A stretch of 64,000 bases of DNA from the human T2T-CHM13v2.0 reference genome, Homo sapiens, in the NCBI RefSeq assembly GCF_009914755.1, contig NC_060925.1. One strand, given 5' to 3'. A model generated the notes under the pieces. It was given only the letters and a program-made list of their open reading frames with translations, ran no database searches and was not told the origin of the DNA. The stretch's first letter is position 1. Every line of letters starts with the position of its first letter. The translations under genes were made by a program, and so were the position numbers. This document shows positions 52,770 through 64,000 of this stretch, piece after piece.

Positions 52770-52830
52770 TTAGCACTGATGTGTTGGTGATATCAACTGA
52801 AAAAACAACCCTCTTGGGAAGTAAATTTGA

Positions 52831-52832
<2 letters not shown>

Positions 52833-52880
<48 letters not shown>

Positions 52881-53021
52881 AGCAAACGTGTGTGTGCAAA
52901 CATATATATATATATGGTCAAATTTAGTTCTAAAGAGGGTTTTTATATAAAAGTTATATATACACACACATATATATATACATACGTACATATATATACA
53001 CACACACACATACACACACAC
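52833..53021. repeat. (TA)n/(CA)n compound microsatellite with an internal inverted copy, within an old L1M 3' relic
   Basis: About 22 TA units at 52833-52876, second block at 52955-53021. Confidence 0.9.
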
Positions 53022-54313
53022 GTTTGCAAAATGCTTAAACCTTTGAACCTGCAGTCCCACTAGTGAGACCACATCCCAGGGCAACCATTTTTTTAAAAAG
53101 GTACAACTGCCTTGGAAAATTATTTGGTATTATTTCTAATGTTGAGATAGGCATGCCTTATGGTTCAGCAATCCTGCCTTTACAGGTAGACCTAGAGAAA
53201 CTCTTACATGTGTGCACAATGAGACAAAGGACAAAAATGCTAGTGCATTACTGTTTGAAATAGCCAAAAATTGGGAACAACTGAAATGTCCATCAATAGA
53301 GGAATGGCTAATATGTGTTATAGTCATACAACTGACTACAGCTATTAAGATGATGAGCAAAATCCACATATACCAACAGAGAAAATTTCAAAAGTGTAAG
53401 ACTGAGTAAAAGCACAAACTGAAAAAAAGTTTGTAACCTAAAGAAATAGAAAAATATTATTAATATTATTTAAATTAAAAAAAATTTACACACAATAAAT
53501 TACATATTACTTGTGGATACACATGCAATAAAAGTGTAAAATATATTACTTGTAGATACACCTGCAATAAGAATATAAAATCACAGGATACTTCAGAAAA
53601 ATGGTTAGCTCTGGGAGGAAGGAATTAGAACGAACTGGGAAATGGCTGAGGGGGTTTCAACTGCTTTTATATGGTTTTATTTATTTCAGATCTGAAGCAA
53701 AAATAAATACAATAAAGTAAAAACAAAAGATTACACGGGAGAGAGAGCAAGAAGAAAACGCAAAGGAGGCACAAGAAGGAGACAGAGAGAGAGGGTATGA
53801 TGATCTTTATTATGGATGCGCAGTAGTGAAAAACAGGAAATAAACGGTTCTCTAAAAACATATCAATGGCAAAATATAATACTCTCATAAAAGGACAAGA
53901 ACAATAATTAAAAATGAATATCTTAATACCATCTGAAAGTACTCTGCTCAAAATATCTTGATAATTATTTACTCTATACAATATAATTCTGAACCTGCCA
54001 GGCTAACTAGTTGAAACAGAAGACTAAAAATAGCTATGTGATAAAACACCTGCTGACTAGGGGATCTGACACTATAGTTACATTTAATAGTTGTTCCAGA
54101 GATTCCAAAAACAGTACTGAAGCAATTTCAAAAGAATCTAGAAATGTACAATCTATCTGCTTGACGCAAGAGTTAGGGATTTGGAATTCTGAGGCAAAAT
54201 GTCTCCATTCCCAACTAACCATAATATGGTTCTTTACTACAGCCACTGTCAGTCAGTAAATGGTAAGTTTCACAATGTAAAGCAGAAACACTCAAGGAAG
54301 AGGAGGGACTTAC

Positions 54314-54355
54314 CTTATTAGAATGCCCAGCTTTTATTCCAACCGGAATTTTACT
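54314..54355 (-). CDS. ERO1B: ERO1B exon 4: SKIPVGIKAGHSNK
   Basis: tttttaag|AGT ... AAG|gtaagt; 42 nt, phase 0-0. Confidence 0.95.
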
Positions 54356-55685
54356 CTTAAAAAAACAAGAAAAGCAAAAAAATTTTTAAGTGATCTTTAT
54401 TTTTTTTGGAATTTCTTCACGAATTGTCAATGCATTGCTCTATTTCATCAAGCATTTTACTCTATGAGGGGCAAATATACACTCACTCAAATTGTGTTTT
54501 CACACTATCTCATAAAGTAAAAGTGTTATCCCAATATACAGACTTATAAATCAAAGTATAGAAAACTGAATGACATACACAAAGTAAGAAAGCCAAAAGC
54601 AGCTCTAATAACTATTGCAGTATTTTTTATAGTTTATATAATTTAGGTTGAAAACACTGACAATCACTTCCTTCCACAAACTTTGTTACCATAGAAAAGA
54701 AAGTTTTGAAAGTTCAAAATTATTTGCAATGTATTATGTGCAATTTTAACTTCTGCTCTAACAAAGTGTAGGCAATTTTGGATTACTAGAAAGCTTTTTT
54801 TGGCCCACACGATTAACCTAGAGTTTACCAATCTAATCTAGGGTTTACCAATGGGAGAAGTGCATGTAGCTGGAACATTCTTTTTCACAAGGCCAATAAT
54901 TAGTGTTAGGCTTTAATAAATGTATCTGAATTATTACAACCAGTTTATCAAACAGAACTTTAAACGAAATACTTAATACATATTTTATTCTTAAAGGAAA
55001 CTGAATATTATAAATTTTTAAAGAATGTTCCCTTTAGGAAGGACATTGGTACAGATTTTTAAGGACAACAAACTAGACTAACTGATTAGGTAAGAAAAGC
55101 AGAAAGTGAAAGGAAAACAAAGCTTACAACTAATTACTGTTGAAGAAGAGGAATATAATTAATTATGTTAGATAACAAAAATCAAAGTCTAAAATGTAGC
55201 ATTCTCTTGGTATTAAGTATAGGTTTTTTTTTAAATGTAAATGTAACAAGGCCAAGTGAAAATCTAATTCTAAGCCTGAAATTTCCCCAATTAAATCACT
55301 ATAAATTTGAAATATAGGGTCCAGTAGCTTGTTTTTATTTTGTTTTTTTTTTCCTATGAAACAAGATGCTGATTCAATAAAGCATGAAATAAAAGACAAC
55401 TGCAGATCCAATCCTAGAACAGGCCTCTGATTTTCCTTCCATTTTAGAATAAGACTATATTTCCATATTTGATCACCAGTATCACTGGATACAAGTGTCT
55501 TCAAACCCATTTTGGTGTCAAGTATAGAATCTTCAATAATCTGGTTCTAAAGGAGAGAGCTGAGAGCATATGAATTTGCTGACACATCCAAATCCATTGA
55601 CATTAGCCTGAAATAAAATAGAGGTTATGCTTTTCTAAAAGTCCAAGAGAAAATTGGCTTTGCCCTGTTATTTTATTTATTATAC

Positions 55686-55769
55686 CTCTGGACAGGGCTC
55701 CACATGACAGTCTTTTATTGAACAGTGGCCATCTTCTGCCCAGAAAGGACAAGGTCGCTTCAGATTAAC
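55686..55769 (-). CDS. ERO1B: ERO1B exon 3: [28 protein letters not shown] (shuttle Cys90/Cys95, regulatory Cys100)
   Basis: ttctttcaag|GTT ... GAG|gtata; 84 nt, phase 0-0; Ero1 CPFW...C-x4-C-x4-C motif; exons 1-2 lie beyond the right edge. Confidence 0.96.
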
Positions 55770-56673
55770 CTTGAAAGAAAGAACAAAGTTAGTAAACTCA
55801 TATTATAGTTATGGGGTGCTCTCAAAGTGTCATTGTGTTGGGCACCAGTGACATGGTGGTGAATAAGAAGGAATACTTCCTATCCTCGTGGCACCTATAA
55901 GGTTCAGAATTTAAAATGACAGCAATGAGCTAGATCATGCCATTGCACTCCAGACTGGGTGACAGAGAAAGCATTTAGAACTACTTGAATGTCTTCCAGC
56001 CTCCTAATGTTATCTTATTAATGAGAATTCTCTCATGCACCCATTTATTCAACAAATAAGAACTGAGCATCCACTATGTGTCAGGCACTGGGTAGGCTAT
56101 GGGGGGAAAATGGACAGAAAAAGAACTCCCCTATCCCTCTGGAACTTAAAAATCTATTGAAGGAAACAAATTAAATATTTGTAAGTTTAGTACGAGTTGT
56201 AGTCAGTGCTACAAAGAAAATCCAGAGAACTGTAATAGTGAGGCTAGCGGATGGAGGCCTCTGAGGCAGTAATATTTTAGGATGGAGGAAGTGTGCATTT
56301 GGATAAGGCAATAAAAAGCCTGGGCAGTTGTGTGAACTAAAAAACACCAGTTGGGCTGACGTTTAATGTAGAAGGGGGAGGGTGGCAGAGAACGAGGATG
56401 GAGGTAAACAAGGGACAGTCATGCAGGACATTTTAACCATGGTAAAAAAGCTGGATTTTCCTATTCTACACATTACAGGAAGACAGTAATTCAATAGGAC
56501 TTGCAGATTGCCCATGCCAAAATCTAGGTTTTATTCTCCTTCCTCCCTTTTCTTGTTCCCCATCAAACAATTCATTTTTCCATTTGTCACCACCTACCTC
56601 TTGCCTACACTATTGCAATAGTCTCCCTGCTTCTACTTCTATGTCCATACAGCAACTACAGTTATCTATTTAA

Positions 56674-57497
<824 letters not shown>

Positions 57498-60400
57498 TCA
57501 AGGTCTTTATATTTGCTGTCCTCTCTGCCTGTATTATTGCTCCTCCAGATCTTATGACGGCTCACTCTTTCGCCGCATTCAAGTCTCTCTCACATATCAC
57601 ACCTAAGCAGAGAGACCATTCCTGGCCAGGCTTGCTAAAGTAGTGCTCAGTATGCAACCTCTACCCCAACGTACTGTTTTACATTCTTTTATGGCACTTA
57701 TCCCTGAATGTTATCTGCTTATTGTCTGCGCCTCCTACCATAAGGATCAGAATTTTGCATCATCTTATCCTTAGTGCTTGGAACAGTGGTATAATACATA
57801 GTAGACACCTAATTAATATGGTTAAGTAAACAATATCTATATTACAGAGAAGAAGGCAAAAATAGGTAGATTGGCAACATAGAGGAGAGGGTGATCAACT
57901 CTGACTTTTGGTAATATGTAAAATGGGTATGACTAGAAGTGTTTGAGGGAGATTTAGAGGCAGTGGGGCAGGATGTGCATAAACAAAGAACCTTAAAACA
58001 GCATGGCACATCTGGGGACTGCAAGTTCTCAGCCTGGACACCTCCCTTAAGCTTCTGGCCTGTATACCCACCTGCTTCCTGGATTATCTCTTCCTGGACA
58101 AGGCATTCATAGGTACCTCAAAATTAACATATCCAAAACTGCACCTCCTCCTTCTAGAAATTCTTACCATCTGAGTAAAATGCAACTCCATTATTCTAGT
58201 TCCTCAAGCCAAAAATCTTGGCAGCTTTTCCAGCAACTCCCTGAGGCTCTGGCCTCTAACAAGCCAGTATCTGGGAACCCATGTAGCAAATAAAGAATAA
58301 ACCTCCTTGAGCCTAAACAGAAGGGACAGCACTCTATGTGCCTTCTTCCCCTGGCTTACTTCAGGCGCTAATCCCAGCCATCCACTCTCTCCTTGGAAAA
58401 AGGTTGGAGGCCTCTGCCAGCAAGAACAGGAGGAACAGCACCCTCTGCGCTTTCTTCCCTGACTTGCTCCTGAGATAAGTTTCTGCAACCTCTCATTAGA
58501 AGGAGGCAAGGGGACCTCTCCATGACAAGAAAGAGAAGGGGATATTCCCTGTGTCTTCTTCCCTGGCTTGCTTCAGGGAACTCCAGACCAAAAGGTTACT
58601 CCTGCAAGGTGCATGTGAGACTTCTTGCTTGAACGGGAGAGTAAGCACACTCTGCACCTCCTTCCCTGGCTTGCTCCAGACACAATCCCAACTCTGAAAT
58701 CTCTGCCACCACGAATGGAAGGGACAGCACTTCTCATGCCTTCTGCCTCCATGTGCTCTAGAGACAAACTCCCACAATCTCTCAATGGAAGGAGGCGGGG
58801 GGACCTCCCCATTCCTGAAAAGGAAAGTCAGCACTCCCTGTGCCTTTCTCCTGGCATGCTTCAGTAATAGCTTCAGATCAGAAGTCTCCCCCTGCTAGGG
58901 GGGCATGAGACCTGCTGGCCCAAAAAGTAGAGTGGGCTTCCTGCACCTTTTCCCCTACAGGCTCTGGCAATAATTCCAGGTCTTCAACTCTCCATGAAAA
59001 TAATTTTTGAACACATCAAGAACCCCAACTTTTATAGCCTTCACTGGAGGGATAGGCTGCTAAATCACCTAGCTCTGGGATTTGATGAAGCCCTACACTC
59101 CTGAGTCTCCTAGACCACAGAGAACAAACAGGTGACTTTTAAACTTGCAAATAAATATTCAGCAGCTATCTCTCTCTTCCAAGTTAAAAAGTCACCAGTT
59201 AGATCAAGAATACAGGCATCTGCCTCAGATGCTCTCTTTGGTGCAGAGCAGAATCAGTGGGAGATAAACTCTGGCTTTCAGCTTCTCTGCAAGGAAAGAA
59301 GAAACCAAAGCACACATCTAACATCCCAATATCTCTAGTCATATCCCAAGGGAATGGCTTCTATACCACCTCTCTCAAGGCAATAGTACAACTTGACTCT
59401 AATTTCTTGGAGGCCACTAAGAACAGAGACAGCAGGCTGGACAAGCACAAAGTTTTGCGAAACTAGAATACTGCCAAGGCTGATTGGGAAGAAACACCTG
59501 GTACATAAGACCAGTCTAACAAGACTAGAGAAGGTAGTTCTTTTATATAATACACAGAAACCAATACAGAGTTAAGAAAAATGAAGAATTACTCCTTCTA
59601 GTAATACTCACCATCTGAGTAAACAGCAACTCCATTATTCTAGTTCCTCAAGCCAAAATCTTGGCAGCCTTTCCAGCAACTCCCTGCAGATTTGGCTTCT
59701 AACAAGCCAGTATCTAGGAGCCTATGTAGCAAATAAAGAATAAACCTCCTGAAGCCTAAACAGAAGGGACAGCATTCTATGTGCCTTAAGTTAAGAAAAA
59801 TGAAGAAATAGGGAAATATGCTCCAAAAAAAAAAAAGAACAAGACAATCTCAATTAGAAGCCAACCCTACTGAAAGGAAGATATGTGATTTACCTAACAG
59901 GACATTTAGAAGGAGTCATAAAGATGCTCACTGAGGTAAGGAGTGCGATGCATGAACAAATTGAGAATATCAACAAAGAGGTAGAAAATATTTTTAAAAT
60001 ATCAAACAGAAATCATTGACCTGAAGAACACAATAGCCAAACTAAAAAAATTCAGTAGAGGGGTCCAACAGCAGACTAGATCAAGCAGAAGAAAGGATTA
60101 GCAAACTTGAAGACAGTTCAATGGAAATCATCCAATCTGAGGAACAAAAAGAAAAAAGAATGAAAAAGAGTGAAGACAGTCTAAGGGACTCATAGGATAC
60201 CACCAAGCAGAATTACACACATTATCAGAGTACCAGAAGGAGAAGAAAGAGAAAAAGGGACAAAAAAAATTCAAAGAAAAAGTGGCAGAACACTTTCCAA
60301 GTCTGGGGAAGGAAACAGAAAGCCAGATCCCTCCTGTTAGCTTGCTTATGATGAAAGAAAGAAAGAAGGACAGAAAGAGAGAGAGAGAGAAAGAAAAAAA

Positions 60401-60875
60401 AGAAAAACAAAGCAGAAAAAAAAAAAAAAAAAAAACCCAGCCAGATCCAGGAAGTTCAATGAAAACTTGATAGGAGGAATCCGAAGAGACTCACACACCA
60501 AAAGACGTTATTATCAAATTGTCAAAAGTTAAAGACAGAGAAAATATTGAAAGCTGCAAGGGAAAAGTGAGTTGTTACAAACAAGGGAACTTCCAGTAAA
60601 TTATAGGCAAAATTTTCAACAGAAACCTTGTAGGCCAGAAAGGAGTGGAATGTTAGATTCAAAAAGCTGAAAGAAAAGGAAGAAAAAGAATTGTCAACCA
60701 AAAATACTATATCCAGTGATCCTGTTCTTCAAAAATAAAAGGGGAAATAAAAACTTTCTCAGACAAAACGTAAGGAAATTTATCACCACTAGATCTGCCT
60801 TATGAGAAATGCTAAAAGGATCCTTCAAGCTGAAGAAAAATGCTGCCAACTAGCAATATTAAAAACATATGAAAA

Positions 60876-61231
<356 letters not shown>

Positions 61232-62647
61232 CTATTATACTGTACTGGTGGTGTAAATATCAATTATATATCTAATAGGAAAGTTAAAAGACAAAATATT
61301 AAAAATAAATAACTATAGCTATAATACACTATACAAACTATACAAGATATAAGACATGTCCTTAAAAACAAATTGGGGTGGGGAGGCAAGTAAAAGTATA
61401 GCATTTATGCAAGTGATCAAAGTTAAGTCAGTATCAGCTGAAAACAGCCTGCTACTAACACAAGATGTATGTAGGTCTCATGGTAACTACAAAGCAAAAA
61501 CCTTTAGTAGTTGCAGAAAAGATAAAAGATTCAAGGCATACCACTATAAAAAAATCATCAAACCACAAAGGAAAACAGCAAGAGAGGAGGAGAGAACAAA
61601 CGAATTACAGATTAACAAAAAAAGCAATTAACAGAATGGCAATAGTAAGTCCTTACCTATCAATGATTACTTTGAATGCAAATGGATTAAATTATCCAAT
61701 CAAAAGTGGATTGGATTAAAAGTGGCGAATGGATTAAAAAATAAGACCTAACTATATGCTGCTTATAAAAGACTTGCTTCACCTCTAAGGACACACACAG
61801 ACTGAAAAGATAGAAAAAGATGTTCTATGCAACTAGAAACCAAAAGAGCAGGGGTAGCTATCCATATGTCAGACAAAATAGACTTTAAGTCAAACATGTA
61901 AAAAGAGATAAAGAAGGTCATTTAAAATGATAAGGGGGTCAATTTATCAAGAAGTTACAAAAACTAAATATATATATGCACCCAACTTCTGAAAAGGTAA
62001 ATATATAAAGCAAATATCAATAGCTTTGAAGAGAGAGATAAATTGCAATACAATAAGACTTCAATACTCCACTTTCAACATTAGATCACCTAGACAGAAA
62101 AAAAAAAATCAATGAGGAAACACTGGATTTGAACTACACTTTAGACCAAATGGCCCTACCAGATATTTATAGAATATTCCATACAACAGTAACAGAATAT
62201 ACATTATTCTCAGTGCATATGGAACATTCTCCAGGATAGAGCATGTTAGGCCACAAAACAAGTCTTAACAAATTTAAGAACACTGAAATCATACGAAGTA
62301 TCTTATGTGACCACACTAACATGAAACTAGAAATCAGTAATCAATGAAACCAAAGTTTTTTTTTAAAGATAAACAAATAGACAAACCTTTAGCTAGATTA
62401 ACAAAGAAAAAGAGAAGATGCCAACAAAATCAGAATTAAAGAGGAGACATTACAACTGACATCGAAGAAAAAGAGACTACTAATCACGACTATGTTCCAA
62501 TAAATTGGATAACCTAGAAGAAATGAAGATATTACTAGAAACATGCAGCCTACAAAAGCTGGAGTAAGGAAGTCATGAAAATCTGAATAGGCCAATAATA
62601 ATTAAGGAAACTGATTCAATAAAAAGTATCTTATCAAAGAAAGACGA

Positions 62648-62977
<330 letters not shown>

Positions 62978-64000
62978 TCACCGCTGAGTTCTACCAAACA
63001 TATAAAGAACAGCAACCAATCCTTAAACTTTTCAAAAAAATTGAAGAGAAGGTAATACTTCCAAACTCATTTTAGAAAGCCAGTATTTACCCTGATTTCG
63101 AAGGCAGAAAAAGACACTACAAAAAAATAAACAAAGGAAACTACAGGCCAACAGCCCTGATGAAAAAAAATGCAAAAATCCTTAATAAAATATTAGTGAA
63201 CCAAATCCAAGAGCATAGTAAAAAGATCACTCACCATGATCAAGTGAGATTTATCCCAGAGATGCAAGAGTAGTTTGACGTACATAAATCAATAAAAATA
63301 ATACACATTAAGCAAATTAAAGACAAAAGCCACATGATTATTTTGATAGATGCAGAAAAAACATATGACAAAATTCAACATCCTTTCATGATAAAAACTA
63401 CCCCTGAAAAATAAGGTATGGAAAAAATGTACCCCAGCATAATAAAGGTCATATACCCACAGCTAACATCATACTCAGTGGTGAAAACTGAAAAGCTTTT
63501 CCTCTAAGATTAGAAACAAGACAAGAACGCCCACTCTTGCCACTTCTATTCAACATAGTACTGAAAGTTCTAGTCAGAGCAATAAGGCAAGAAAAAGAAA
63601 TAAAAGACATCTATATAGAAAAAGAAATGAGAATGTCTGTTTGCTGATGACATGATCTCATAGAGAGAAAACTTTAAAGACTCCACCAAAAAATCTAGTA
63701 ATAAACTGGTGATAAATTCTGCAAAGTTGCAGGTTACGATGTCAGCATACAAAAGTCCATAGCATTTCTATACACTAACAATGAACAATCCCCCCCAAAA
63801 TTGAGAGATCATATTTACAGTAACATCAAGAAATGAAATAGTTGTAACTTTAACCAAGGAGGTGAAAGATCTATGCACTAAAAACTAAAACACTAATGAA
63901 AGAAACTGAAGACATAAATAAGTGGAAAGACATCCCATATTCACTGATTGGAAGAATTAAATTGTTAAAATGTCCATATCACCTAAAGTGATCTACAGAT

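Overview
Human-type (primate, Alu/L1-rich) genomic DNA containing the 3' ends of two convergently transcribed genes. On the + strand are the last two coding exons and 3' UTR of GPR137B (7370-~11150). On the - strand are ERO1B exons 3-16 and its ~3.4 kb 3' UTR (~17365-55769). All 14 ERO1B exons were read by hand: phases join exactly, and they include a 12-nt microexon and one GC-AG intron. The rest is Alus (~35), decayed L1s at both ends, and L2/MIR/MER relics. I see no evidence of a new multi-gene system. The best unexplained structures are three local templated-copy events: two 175-200 bp copies pasted into L1s 1.4-2.5 kb from their donors, and a microsatellite containing an inverted copy of itself. 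Also notable are a 170-codon ATG ORF in the ERO1B 3' UTR, a hairpin covering the stop/AATAAA overlap, and a higher-order ~100-bp repeat in an old L1 5' region. Gene names, exon numbers and repeat families come from recall, not database searches; repeat boundaries are approximate.
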